Below, one piece after another: positions 49,769-62,279 of a stretch of 64,000 bases of DNA. The stretch's first letter is position 1. Each line of letters opens with the position of its first letter. The stretch is from Aestuariivita sp. (GTDB lineage Bacteria; Pseudomonadota; Alphaproteobacteria; Rhodobacterales; Rhodobacteraceae). The stretch is from assembly GCA_965215385.1 (NCBI GenBank), contig OZ244059.1:3499004-3563003 (forward strand), given 5' to 3'. The position numbers and the translations under genes were made by a program. The notes below the pieces were generated by a model that was given only the letters and a program-made list of their open reading frames with translations, made no database searches and had not been told where the DNA came from.

Positions 49769-50374
49769 ACGCTCATACTCGTCGCCAAATGGCGACCGCA
49801 TAATGATCGACACGATCATTGACGACTTGGAAAAAAAAATCGTCTCTCTCGATTCTAATCCGTCATGGGTTTGCCGTCAGAACACGGGGCAAAATTGGGT
49901 AATCCCGGTTCCTGATGGCCGGAAAGAATGGACGCGGGCACCGGAGGAGTGTCGAAAGGGTATGGGTCCGCCGGCCGCCGTGAACAAGCCTGCCCCTATT
50001 CCCGGTTCCAGTCGGCATCGGGGTATCTTCCGCGGCTTCGTATCGTAATCGCCGAAGCGCACCGGTCGGCACCCGACAGATCCAGAAGGAAAGGGGGCTG
50101 CCGCCCCCTTAAACCCCCGCAGATCGAATGTGTTCAATCGCGTAACGACGAGCTTCGACATGATCAGCCGAGGTGCCGGTGCAAAGATCGGATTTCACTG
50201 TACTTGCGCTTGACCGGAGACTGATCTAAAGTCCCGGCTAGAGATTACGACCGCTGTTGATCACTGACAACACAGCGAACCATTCCTGATAACCCCGGCG
50301 TCAATCCCCCGGCTGAGATAAATACTGAAGTTTAGTAAAAAAAGCCGGGTATTGCACTTCATTGTTGAAAGCGG
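49769..50374 (+). repeat. IS30-linked conserved non-coding module, copy B
   Basis: Homologous to 9451..10056 (reverse complement) and 53549..54168. It contains the hairpin AAGGGGGC-TGCC-GCCCCCTT at 50091..50110. Confidence 0.75.
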
Positions 50375-50667
50375 GTATGATAAACGAGATGGCGTTTTCA
50401 ACATGACAGTGTTCACGTTCCTTACGAAGTAAAAAACCCCGAATATTTAACGCCGTCTTGAAAGACCGAGGGTTTCTTCTATGCAAGCAGTTGCTCTTGA
50501 CCACTCTATTTTTCGTATATTTACAGTGTTTTATTAATAAAGATCGCTTGAGAATACGACTGAGACAAAATCGACTTTCACTGGACATTACACGCCGAAA
50601 AGCTATCTGTAGAATCAACATGGTACCTGCTGGGGTGCACCAATAAATAACCCTGAGAGATCAGCAC

Positions 50668-51633
50668 ATGCTTCAAGTGACTAAACGATTAACGAAAGGA
50701 AAACGCACACCCATGACGACATCCAATCAACCCAAAATCTACGCTGCTAACTTCGGTGAAAGGAATTGGTTATGGGAGCGATGTCGTGACGAGCACATCA
50801 TCGTAGTTCTAAATGATCGTCATCTTCATGAACTCTGGGAGCAAGACGATCAGGACACTTACGTCAAAAAAGCTATGCAACTGTCCTATCGACCGGCAAA
50901 AAGCGAAGGTGTAGCATCTCGCTGGTTCAACTTAATGGGCGTTCTCACGCAGACGAGCAATGATATCTGGGTTCACAGAGACAAGGATCGGCTCTACTGG
51001 ACATGTTCCTCAGAAAAAACCATTCAGTTTCATGACGCTATTGACCCTTCATACAATGTTCCGATCATCATCGGATCAAAGTCGTGTGCGCCATGGTCAT
51101 GCCATTCAAAAAACGGACATCCACTTATCTGGTCAAATATACCTCGGGAAATGCGTAAATTCGTGCAGACATCCTCAACCCTTTCTGAGAGAAAAAATCC
51201 CGAAGCGATACATTATATTCTCCAGTTGATCGAATATGGCCATACGGACACATATAACAACGCCTTTCAAGACAGTGTGAAGCGAATGATTGAGACAGCA
51301 TGGAAAACATGCGAAGCCGCAACGGGCGATGATCGAACATCAGCAACAAAGATCAAGAACTTCGGATTTTCGTCAACAGAGGACGGAGAGAAATATATCC
51401 TTGATCTCCTTGTACAACAAGACGGACGGTGTGCGTTAACCGGCATTACGCTGAAAACAGATCGTGAAACCGATGATCCCGAATTCTTATGCTCGCTCGA
51501 CCGGATCGACAGCAACGGCCATTATGAACCGGGCAACCTGCAAGTCGTCTGTCGCTTTATCAACCGCTGGAAAGGTGATGACGACAATAATGAATTCAAG
51601 CGGTTGCTTGATCATTTGATGACGGATCAATGA
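50668..51633 (+). CDS. Unknown N-terminal domain fused to an HNH-type (beta-beta-alpha-Me) nuclease tail
   Basis: The C-terminus CALTGITL...SLDRIDSNGHYEPGNLQVVCRFINRWKG fits the HNH pattern. The N-terminal roughly 250 aa are not recognised. The region is AT-rich. Confidence 0.6.
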   Translation: MLQVTKRLTKGKRTPMTTSNQPKIYAANFGERNWLWERCRDEHIIVVLNDRHLHELWEQDDQDTYVKKAMQLSYRPAKSEGVASRWFNLMGVLTQTSNDIWVHRDKDRLYWTCSSEKTIQFHDAIDPSYNVPIIIGSKSCAPWSCHSKNGHPLIWSNIPREMRKFVQTSSTLSERKNPEAIHYILQLIEYGHTDTYNNAFQDSVKRMIETAWKTCEAATGDDRTSATKIKNFGFSSTEDGEKYILDLLVQQDGRCALTGITLKTDRETDDPEFLCSLDRIDSNGHYEPGNLQVVCRFINRWKGDDDNNEFKRLLDHLMTDQ

Positions 51634-51795
51634 ACATCCTGAGGTTGAACGGCACACATCGCTTGGTGTCATCGCACATTCATTGAGAATGCACTCATAT
51701 CGATTGTGACCATAACGGCAGCCTCGTCTTGCGCAACCCGCCCTCAAGTCAGCGTGTAGAGAAAGACGGTGAGAGCGATGACGCAAATCGTCTGA

Positions 51796-52260
51796 TTACA
51801 TCCGCTGAGCCGGGCCGCGCACAGTCACCTTCACATCAACTATCTTCGCTTTGTGCCATTCCTTCACGGCCTTCGCTAACAGAATTTCCGCCTGTTCTGA
51901 GCCAAAAAGTTTCTCATATGCCAGAAACAATTCGTCATACCGGCCTTCAGAGATCAATTCCGTGACCTTCGTGTTGCGCAAGAATTCCACGCGATTAGCG
52001 AGTGTCTCCAGCCACCTCGACGACTCGAGGGGGAGAATCTTCATTAACCACTCAATCTGACCACTCATGCGGTACTGGTCTTCTGCACTCAGCACTAACG
52101 GTTCCGCTGTTAAGCCAAAACCTGACAAGTCCGCAGTGAGCACACGTTCCACAAGATAGGGCGAGGTCTTCATCCCAGCATCCGCTGCCCGTTGCTTCGC
52201 TCGCTCCCACTCTGCATCCGTGCAGGAAATATAAAAAGTGCGCTTTTCTATCTGTGTTAT
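51796..52260 (-). pseudogene. RHH-like paralogue C, no canonical start codon ahead of the conserved N-terminal motif
   Basis: The open frame upstream of Met-51796..52173 reads ...KRTFYISCTDAEWERAKQRAADAGMKTSPYLVERVL, which aligns with paralogues A and B. No ATG, GTG or TTG lies between the upstream stop and this motif. Confidence 0.45.
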
Positions 52261-52581
52261 TCGGGGGACATGTCATTCAGCGGAAGATCATCGCCATGAA
52301 GACGATAAAGAAGCTGGATGGCGTCAAACATGCTGTGGCCGCCATCCTCTTGACCAAAAAACATGGACACAAGATGTTTATGCAACTCGCGAACATGCCG
52401 CAGGAGATCACGCTGTTCTTGAGGGGTGAGTGCAAGTGGACTATACGGTGCCGGAATTAGGGTCTTCTAACGCACAGGTCATGACGAAGTCAGAGACACT
52501 CGTCCCCATCGACTCTGCACGCGCCTTGATCCGTTCCCAGTCAGCCGTGTTCTTGCAATAAAACGGTCGTCCTCGTTTCAT
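52257..52581 (-). pseudogene. RHH-like paralogue B, split by a frameshift (46-aa N-terminal ORF 52441..52581)
   Basis: MKRGRPFYCKNTADWERIKARAESMGTSVSDFVMTCALED... stops at 52441. Another frame continues ...PLALTPQEQRDLLRHVRELHKHL... to 52257. Its ATG overlaps the stop of paralogue A (ATGA). Confidence 0.45.
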
Positions 52582-52934
52582 CTTGCCCCCTCCGATCTTC
52601 CTGTCATCGCGGGCTCTGTCTGCATCCGTAACGCCACACGGCGTAAGGCCGCTGCCCAGTCGGTTTCCTTTCCGCGTTCGGCCAACCGGATGCGTTCAAC
52701 TTCACATAACGTCAACACGGCCGTTTCAATTCGATCCAGCCGGGCGACCAGCGTGCCGAGTGACGGACCCGCAGACGTGTCAGAAGCCAAGGCGCGTCGG
52801 ACAATATAGTCACTCGCCGACCGTCCGGCCGCCTGTGCTTTTGCTCGAACGATGTTCCATTCGCCATCAGTTGCCTCGACAGCGCGTTGTTTGCGGATGG
52901 GATGGTTTGTCATCATGAACTCCCTTCTATGCAA
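52578..52934 (-). CDS. Ribbon-helix-helix-like small protein (MobC/CopG-like), paralogue A
   Basis: ...AVEATDGEWNIVRAKAQAAGRSASDYIVRRALAS... has a beta-strand plus two helices pattern typical of RHH relaxosome or repressor proteins. 118 aa. Confidence 0.55.
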   Translation of the reverse strand: MHRREFMMTNHPIRKQRAVEATDGEWNIVRAKAQAAGRSASDYIVRRALASDTSAGPSLGTLVARLDRIETAVLTLCEVERIRLAERGKETDWAAALRRVALRMQTEPAMTGRSEGAR

Positions 52935-53270
52935 ATAGAGAGTTCAATCAAATGGTCTTCGATTGAATATATCAATTGCAATTACGATCTCAAAAAATGC
53001 GGAAATCAGAAATACGTCGTATATATGATTTATTTTTATTGATACTCAATGCGATATACAGAATAGAGCAACAGCGAATTTAATGAAGCGCAGTTTTTGT
53101 CCGAAAATGCAACTTTTTGTCTTATGGGATATGATCACGACGTCTACGCAAAGCACAAAAAAAGTACTTACATTCGCTTTTAACCTCTTGTATTTACGAA
53201 ATAAATAGAGAGAAGAATATAAGCTGTGTAAGGGGTTTTGATTCAAGAATCAGAAATAAATTTGATTACA

Positions 53271-53548
53271 CCCTTACCGCCGACAACGGCAAGGAATTTG
53301 CGCGTCATGAAACAAGGACTCGAACCTTATCCGCGTCGTTCTTTTTTGCCCGTCCCTGTGCGTCTTGGGAATGCGGTTTGAACGAACATACGAATGGCTG
53401 GATCCGCGGCTATTTTCCGAAGGGCACCGATTTCCAGGCGGTGACGGCGGCGGCGGTGCAGCGCGTGCCGGATGCTTTCAATACGCGCCCACGCCAGGTC
53501 TTGGGGTATCGCACCCCGCAGGAGGTGATGGCCGCGGCCAGGGCCTGA
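53271..53548 (+). pseudogene. IS30-family transposase, extreme C-terminal remnant
   Basis: ...TADNGKEFARHETR..., ...NEHTNGWIRGYFPKGTDF... and ...GYRTPQEVMAAARA are homologous to the last roughly 90 codons of 48812..49768, with indels. Confidence 0.8.
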
Positions 53549-54168
53549 ACGCCCATACTCGTTGCAAAATGGCGACCGCATAATGATCGACTTGATCATC
53601 GGCTACTGGGAAAAACATCGTCTCTCGGTCTGCCAATCCGTCACGGGTTTGCGGTCAGAACACCGGGCACAATTGGGTAATCCCAGTTCCTGATGGCCGG
53701 AAAGAACGGACGCGGGCACCTGCGGAGTGTCGATTAGATGGTATCGGTTTGCCGGCCGCCGCGAACAAGCCTGCCCCTATTCCCGGTTCCAGTCGGCATC
53801 GGGGTATCTGCCGCTGCTTCGTATCGTGTCGCCGAAGCGCACCGATCAATGCCCGACAGATCAAGACGGAAAGGCGGCTGCCGCCCCCTTCAACCCCCGC
53901 ATTATCGAAGGTGTTCAATCGCGTGTCAACGAGCCGTCGACATGATCAGCCGCGGTGCCGGTGCAAAGATCGGATTGCACTTTACTTGCGCTTGACCCGA
54001 GACTGATCTAAAGTCCCAGTTAGAGAGTGCGACCGCTGTTGACCACTGACAACACAGCGAACCATTCTTGATAACCCCGGCGTCAATCCCCCGGCTGAGA
54101 TAAACACTGAAGTCTAGTCAAAAAACGCCGGGGGTTGCACTGCATTGTTGAAAGCGGGTTTCAAAAAA
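53549..54168 (+). repeat. IS30-linked conserved non-coding module, copy C
   Basis: Homologous to copies A and B. The hairpin at 53871..53890 has one C-C mismatch. It ends at ...GTTGAAAGCGGG (54168), 57 bp before the group II intron 5-prime end. Confidence 0.75.
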
Positions 54169-54225
54169 ACCGGCGGAACTGTAAAAACAAACCGAATTTG
54201 TTAGGCTATCAACGAATGTGACATC

Positions 54226-56155
54226 GTGCGCCGAGGAAAGGCGTAATCTCCTAGCGGGTGCGAATCCCGCCCAACAACTGTCGCTCCGGTTGGTAGCAAG
54301 CGCGGCGGATCATAGCGGTAACGATATGGTTTGAAGCACTGCGCATAGAAGGGCAACAATAGGCTGCTCAGCGACCATACAGGCCGAAACGCGAGTGAAC
54401 ACTGAGCCGGCCTCGAAACGCGTAAGACGCGTGACGACCTTTCTGTGTCTAAGGGAAGTCTGGCATCCGTCAAGAAGCGAGCGATAAGAGCATTGACTGG
54501 ACGCTTCGGGGTAGTGGTGTCGGCATGTATGGAAGATGGGGAGTATCGAAACTGGGGAAGCCCTATTTGTGGTTTTGCACAAACTAAACCAGCAACCCAT
54601 GAGGGTGAGGCTGGGCAAGCAGGGTGGCGGACAGGCTTGTAGTACTGAGGACACTGGGTAATGCCAGTCGCGGGAAGAAGCCTGACTATTGGGGTAGTAT
54701 GGGAAGGACGAAACGGACCTGGCTACTGAAACGCATCGACTAAGGTCAAAGAAAGTTGGGCGACGCCAGAGCATACTTCATGAGAAAGCGAAGCAGGATT
54801 CGAGTTATCGATTTTATTCGCTGAGCGATAAAGTGTCGAGTTTTGAGTTTCTCGTGGAAGCTTACTCACGTGTTGAATACAAAGGTGGTGCAGAGGGCAT
54901 TGATGGGGAGACTCTTGACGACCTTGAGGCGTATGGCGTTATGCGATGGCTTGAGGAACTTTCGCAAGAACTTCGGGAGCGGACCTACAGGCCGAAACCT
55001 GTGTGTCAGGTTCTGATACCTAAGAAGCAACCGGGGCAACATCGCACCTTGGTATTCCATGCATCCGCGACAGGGTGGCGTAGACATCGGTTTTACTTGT
55101 ATTGGAACCGATATTCAAAGCCGACTTGGTAGCGGAACATTACGCGTATCGTCCGCGCCGGGGAGCGCATGGGGCGGTTAACCGCATTCATAAGCTTCTC
55201 AACACGGGTCATAACGAGGTTGTTGACGGGGATTTATCGAATTACTTTGGAGAGATCCCCAGGCCGAACTCTTGACGAGTATTTCCCGCTGTATTAGCGA
55301 CCGGAATGTGCTGCGATGGATTAAGGCAGGGCTGGAGATACCAACGGAACAGGATGATGGTCGGGACGGAAAGTCCGTTCATCGACGGCACGCAAGGAAC
55401 GGAAGGGCACTCCGCAAGGAGCACCTATTTCACCCCTTGCAAGCAACATCTACATGCGAAGGTTTATTCTTGGTTGGAAAGCGTTAGACTATGCTCGGCG
55501 TTTTCAGGCGGTAATTGTCAATTACGCGGATGATTTTGTCGTTCTCGGCAAAGCGAAGTCAACAGCAATGTTGGCAGCGGTCGAAGAGATAATGCCGAAA
55601 TTAAAGCTGCCGATCAATGACCGCAAAACTCAATGCTTACGATATCCGGAGGAATCATTTGAGTTTCTTGGGTATCGTATTGGACGCAACTATCGCAAGC
55701 AAGGTACGGGGTCGTATATCGGCACCCGACCAAGTCAGGCGAGTGTTCAGAGCATATGCCGTAAGGTTAGTGAGCAAACGGCCGCGAAGCATGGTGTGAT
55801 GGACACTCAAGAGATGGTTGCTCGGCTCAATCGTATGATTATCGGCTGGCCAACTCCTATCGTCTTGGGCACGTCAGTCCCGCCTATGTTGCGATTGATG
55901 CTCACACGACGAAACGGCTGCGACAGCGGCTCGGTCGGAAGCAAGGTGAAGTTTGGGAAATATGTGCGCTTCTTAGATGACAAACTGTCGAATACCTACG
56001 GTTTGAAACGCCTTGCGCCAATGACTGAGGGCTTTGCGTGGACGAAGTCATGATACCCAATGGGAAAGCCGAATGCGGGAAATACGCACGTTCGGTTTGG
56101 CGAGCGGGGGAGAGGAAACCCACCTTAAGGAAAGGGCACCTCCCCTCGACTCAAC
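54226..56155 (+). mobile_element. Group II intron (bacterial, no En domain visible) with decayed IEP
   Basis: 5-prime GTGCG at 54226..54230. Domain V-like AAGCCGAATGCGGGAAATACGCACGTTCGGTTT at about 56066..56098, followed by a GC-rich domain VI-like hairpin (GCGGGGGAG...CCTCCCCTCG). The 3-prime end is estimated, not mapped. Confidence 0.75.
54833..56053 (+). pseudogene. Group II intron reverse transcriptase/maturase, several frameshifts
   Basis: RT blocks are spread over three frames: ...GIDGETLDDLEAYG..., ...YRPKPV..VLIPKK..., ...AYRPRRGAHGAV..., ...VVDGDLSNYFGEIP..., ...GTPQGAPISPLASNIYM..., NYADDFVVLG, then a maturase X-like tail. Confidence 0.8.
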
Positions 56156-56545
56156 CACCGATGAACCCCAAAATGAAGTATCTGCAAAAAGCAAGCTTTA
56201 TGTGGTATGTTGGTCACAAACTGACTGATTAATCGACCAGGCGGCAGGCACCGACCCGGCCATGTTATGGTGATAAAACAATTACTTAAGCGATAACTCG
56301 GCAATTGAACTTCAGGTTAATGCAGTGGGATTTGAACGGACGGACAAATAAGTAGTTGAAGTCGCCGTTGCTCAGGGGTAAGCACGAGTATCAAAATTAT
56401 CGATCTCTCTCATCAACCCTTCGTGAATTTGGAGAAAAGTGCGTCGCAATAGTCGGCTTGGGAGTGGTCAGCAATTGAGAATGAGTCGCGTCGAGAAAAA
56501 CGACGGCTTTTGGGCATAGTCACAGCAAAATCAAGTGAGGAAAGA

Positions 56546-57058
56546 ATGACGAAAATATCTCTCTCGCACCCAAAGTTTATTGTCCTGTTAGCGATGAAGC
56601 TAGCGATGCTAGTGATGCCAGTTATGGCGCAAACAACTACGACCAATTTTGTCGATCAAGTCTTTTTTACTAAGGGCGACGGCACACTTCAGAACGGTCG
56701 TGATGAATTATGGCGAAATCCTGTAAGGCTTTGTTTTACCGTGACCACAGCTGCCTACACAGGGTGGGATTCAGTAGAGCGGAAATATATCAAAATTAAA
56801 GGATCAGTGCAGTATCAATGGTTACAAGGCGGGAGCGATGATTGGCGCACGACGGTAAACTGGTCAGAGGACGTGTATACTTTCGACGAAACTAGTGTTT
56901 CATGGAGGTTTGATCATGATGGCTTCTCGGGTCGAGTTTACGCGACTACTGATGGGGGAATAGATTCATCATGGGATAGATTGACCGTCGCGGTGAACAA
57001 ACCGGGGAGGTTCGTCGTTGGTAGCAGAGCGATGGTTGCGCAGACTAATCCATGTTGA
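56546..57058 (+). CDS. Exported hypothetical protein
   Basis: Signal peptide MTKISLSHPKFIVLLAMKLAMLVMPVMAQ. About 170 aa, no recognised domain. Confidence 0.5.
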   Translation: MTKISLSHPKFIVLLAMKLAMLVMPVMAQTTTTNFVDQVFFTKGDGTLQNGRDELWRNPVRLCFTVTTAAYTGWDSVERKYIKIKGSVQYQWLQGGSDDWRTTVNWSEDVYTFDETSVSWRFDHDGFSGRVYATTDGGIDSSWDRLTVAVNKPGRFVVGSRAMVAQTNPC

Positions 57059-57299
57059 CGGAAAATTTCTTCGAGAGTGGAGTTAATTCCACTCTGACAG
57101 CTTTCGTTTCTTGATACAATTGGTGTCTGCTAAAAAACCCCATTTTCTGGTCGAAGCCAAGACCAAGGAGACACCAGACGTGCGAATTTTTGCTCCAGCA
57201 CGACCGCCTTTGCGGCCGCCGCATCGCTGATCGCCGCGCTGGCGGGGTAAATGATAACGAAGCCGTGATTGGAACCGGCCAACGCGGTCGCGAAGACCA

Positions 57300-57800
57300 A
57301 GTCCGCCGGTCAGTTGGAAACCGATTTTTCAACAAGCGAAGCGGCGCGTTGCTGACATTTGCGGCGGTCGCGCTCGGCCTCGCGGGTATGGCGTCCCACG
57401 CGGACCAGATTGGCGGCAATGACGGAAATGCCGACCATGACGCTCTAACATAGTGATCGCTGATTCAATCGCGGGATGCGGTTTGCGAGCCACCACAAAG
57501 TCATCCGTTCGCTCCGCAACGGTCCGGCGTCCGGTCTTGGGCAGCGTGACCTGATCCAACGTAGCCGACAGGTCGGCATCGATCTTCGGGCGCCAAAATC
57601 CCTTATCAAGGCTTAAGCGTCTCAAGGTTGGATAGTCCCGTTGCAATGAGCGAATACCCGGCACGATAACATCGCGATCAACCCCTTTTCAGATGATCTG
57701 ATGCCCAAGAATGACTTGATGTTAATCCGCAATCACGCCAACCGGAACGCCCAGTTCCGGCTTTGCCTGTCGATATCCAACGGGTATACGGCTCCAAGAC
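57300..57800 (-). pseudogene. ISNCY-family transposase remnant
   Basis: The minus strand reads ...AKPELGVPVGVIAD (stop) ...LSLDKGFW..., LPKTGRRT... and HPAIESAITMLERHG..., parallel to the fragment at 24943..25515. It is broken by stops and frameshifts. Confidence 0.6.
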
Positions 57801-57904
57801 CGAACAGCATCCATATCTCTGGTCAAGTGAGAAATTGGCCTAATTAGCACTTTTTTGATCCGGAATTTTAGTTTTCCCTGAGTTGTTCGCAAGCTTATCC
57901 ACAA

Positions 57905-59448
<1,544 letters not shown>

Positions 59449-59524
59449 GTGGTACATACGCGATTTTTGCCGCACTCGGGATCGTCTCGCCCGGGCGGAG
59501 CCGACGCTCGACTTGGTCCCGAAC

Positions 59525-61870
59525 CAGGGCTAAGCCAAGCTTGAGCATCTTGTCTATTGCGACCTTCTGACGCCATATATGTTGTTGTCCCGCCGTAAGT
59601 TTTGTCACGTGGTGGTCGCGATTTCGGGATGATTTTCGTCGTCATCGGCTGGATTCGAGTGCTGCGGCGGGTTTTTCGGTCATTTTCGCCCTGTCGGGCC
59701 GTGGTTCGTCGATCAATTGACCGCTCGAAACAAAAATCGTCGTTTGGTGATTGTTCACTGGCAGCGAAGTTGTCGGTGTGTTGTGCGTCTCGCCGGATGC
59801 GAAACGATGGTTCGCAACTGCCACCATTTTCGCTCCGCGATGTCACCGTCCGCCCGGTTTGGGGGATGACGGAGCAACGTTGGTGGGATCGGTTGGTCGC
59901 AACGCATCACGATCTTGGCTTTGACGGGACCTTTGGTCGGGCGTGACGCCAAGTTGCGGTGGTGAACGACGGTTGGGTGGCGTTGCGGGGCTGGCCGGCG
60001 GGGGCTTTCAAGGTGGGGGTACGTGACCGGTGGCTGGGTTGCTCCGCCACCCAACGGCAGGCACGGCTGCATCTCATTGCGAACAACACGCGCTTCGTGG
60101 TGCTAGATGCTGGTCGGGTTCCGAACCTGGCTTCACGGGTGTTGGGGTTAAGTTTGTGGCGATTATCATCGGATATGTCGGCCTTACATGGCGACCCGAT
60201 CTTACTGGCGGCGACCGTTATTGATCGGTCGCGTTTTGCCGGTAGTTGTTATCGGGCGGCGAATTGGCAAGCGTTGGGTTATACGAAGGGATTTGCGTGG
60301 TTGCCTCGTGGCCGCCGCGGTGGCGACAACACGGCCAGCCGAAGGCGTTTTAGGGGTTTGATTTTAGTGGTCAGTTAGCCAAACGGCTCCGGGGTTCTGA
60401 CGCGCCGGGAGCGGCGGTGCCGCCACCCGCAGCGACCGCTTTGCCGACCGAGAAGCTCCAGCGTTGATATGATTTTGTCGCGGCGATGACCGATTTTCGG
60501 TTCGCGAAAGGACAACGGTATTCGATGGCCGGTTACTTGACGATGGCGGTGGCGGCGCGGTTGTCGCGGCGGCGGGGGGTCTATGGCCACGCAATAGTTT
60601 GAATCAAAATATAAGTAGTTTTTTCTGCTGCGTTTCGTATCGCAATTTGAGCAAACTGCATTGCCCTGCAGATCATTTTGCTGACTTAGGCAGATTAGGT
60701 TCCTATTATTCAGTGACATTGTCTTTTCAACTTGATCGCCGACGCCGGTAAACGGCACTAGTTCCTCATAAGTAATAGCAAATAGGAATTACTTCCCTAT
60801 TTTGTTGTCCGAAGTACAAAATCGTACCTTTGCGGAGGCCTGGCGAGGGGTCTCGGCGTTTGCCGAATATGCGCAACACTTACCGCTGGCAACAAAGCTG
60901 AAGATCGGGGCGGTTCAGAGCCCGACGAAGGGTTGCTTCACACGGCCGAGCGAAGCGAGTTTTCGCTCCTTGTTCTCCCAGCTACCGCCCGATACGCTTG
61001 ATAACGCACGACGGCAGTGGGTGGCGGCGATGGGGACCGCAGCCGACGCCATTGCCATTGACGGCAAGCATCGCAAAGGAGCTCGCAAGCCGATGAACTG
61101 ATGACGGTGGCGGCGTTTGAGCCTGACAGTGGTCGGGTCGTGGGTCAGACCCAAGTTCCGAAACCGGCCAACGCAATCACCGCGGCGCGGGCGTTGGTTC
61201 TATCTTTCGACCTTCGCAGCCGGACGGTGACCCTTGATGTCGGACCCAGCGATCCGACAACGGCGATGATTGTCGCAGACCGTGGTGCGGATGAGATGAT
61301 GACGGCGATCAAAGACAACCAACCGACGATGCTCGCGCAACGGCCAGCGATGCCAAGGGATGGCCGGGTGAGCGTTCATGCGACCGTTGATCAAGGCCAC
61401 CGGCGGCAGGAGTGGCGGCGATGCTGGATGTGAGCACCCCGGAGCCCGCGCCGCGCATCGCGATGGATGGCCGCGCACAAGTCGCACCGATTGCGCGGCG
61501 GCGACAAAACAGCAAGTCGGGCAAGGAGTCCCATGCCGTCACCGATGGGGTGCCGGCGCTGACGACAGCACCAGCGGATGCCACGAAAATTCTGGAACGG
61601 GTGCGCTCGCACTAGAAAATTGCCAATCGCTGACCCTATGTCCGGGATGTCACCGATGCTGCGGATCGGTGTCGGGTGCCTGCCGGTCATCCGGCGCGGA
61701 ACTTAACCGGCGGGTCAAACATCGCGACTGCGCTGCTTCGGATACCAGGTCGGTTTGCGGATCTCCCCGAAGCCAATCGATATGATTCGGGACAACGCGA
61801 CGCGGCCATTGACCGCATTCGAACACCCAGTGCTTTGTTCAGTCGGTAAGAACCCACCGCACGACATTCC
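59525..61870 (+). mobile_element. Degenerate DUF4338 gene plus ISAs1-type transposase module
   Basis: DUF4338-like ...WDRLVATHHDLGF..., ...LHLIANNTRFVVL..., VPNLASRVLGL... and CYRAANWQALGYTKGF. Then ISAs1-like ...AIDGKHRKGA..., ...VTLDV... and ...VRSHW.IAN... spread over several frames. An AT-rich stretch interrupts at about 60590..60800. Confidence 0.6.
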
Positions 61871-62279
61871 ATGACGACCCCCAGCCCGGTGATCGCACGA
61901 TGCTATCGGCCGGCCGGTACTCTTGGTCGGTCGTGCGAAAATAGGCCCGAAAGCATGATCCTCAGCGCGTTTGCCGCACCGGAGGCGCGAAACCGGCAGA
62001 ATTTGCCGGCAACTTACTCACGATCACAAAGAAGTACACAGGACCAAGAAACTTCCGTTTTTGTACCTTTGCGGCGGCCTGGCCATCGTATCTGAGCAGA
62101 TGCAAGTCAGAGAACCACGCGAACGTAAGCCCCGATATCGGTTCTGAATTAGCCGTGGCGACGAAGTCCGTAAGCGATACCGTTGGGGCAGAACTATCAG
62201 CGAGCTCTAGTTGGCACTATTTGATCGTTGTCAGCACCTGCCGCAGGAGCGTTTTCTATAGCCTAACCCGTCACCCCGT

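Larger units (their letters stand above)
48710..50374 (+). mobile_element. IS30-family element with long 3-prime non-coding module (only copy with an intact transposase)
   Basis: It starts shortly after the stop of the preceding ORF (48706). The right boundary is where the three copies stop being alignable (...GTTGAAAGCGGG). The exact inverted repeats were not resolved. Confidence 0.6.

Noticed and set aside
49803-50224. ORFs of 80-139 aa on both strands inside the IS30-linked module (also 9603..10022, 9691..9951, 53655..53918 and 53749..54006).
   Set aside because: Indels shift the frames between the three copies and the longest ORF is on different strands in different copies. Their R/P/G-rich composition is typical of GC-rich non-coding DNA. 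The region is treated as non-coding.
60590-60800. AT-rich insert containing GTTCCTATT and AATAGGAA inverted motifs reminiscent of an FRT site (GAAGTTCCTATTC), a possible engineering scar.
   Set aside because: Only a 9-nt core matches. The full 13-bp arms and the 8-bp spacer of FRT are absent, and no other vector-like sequence is nearby.
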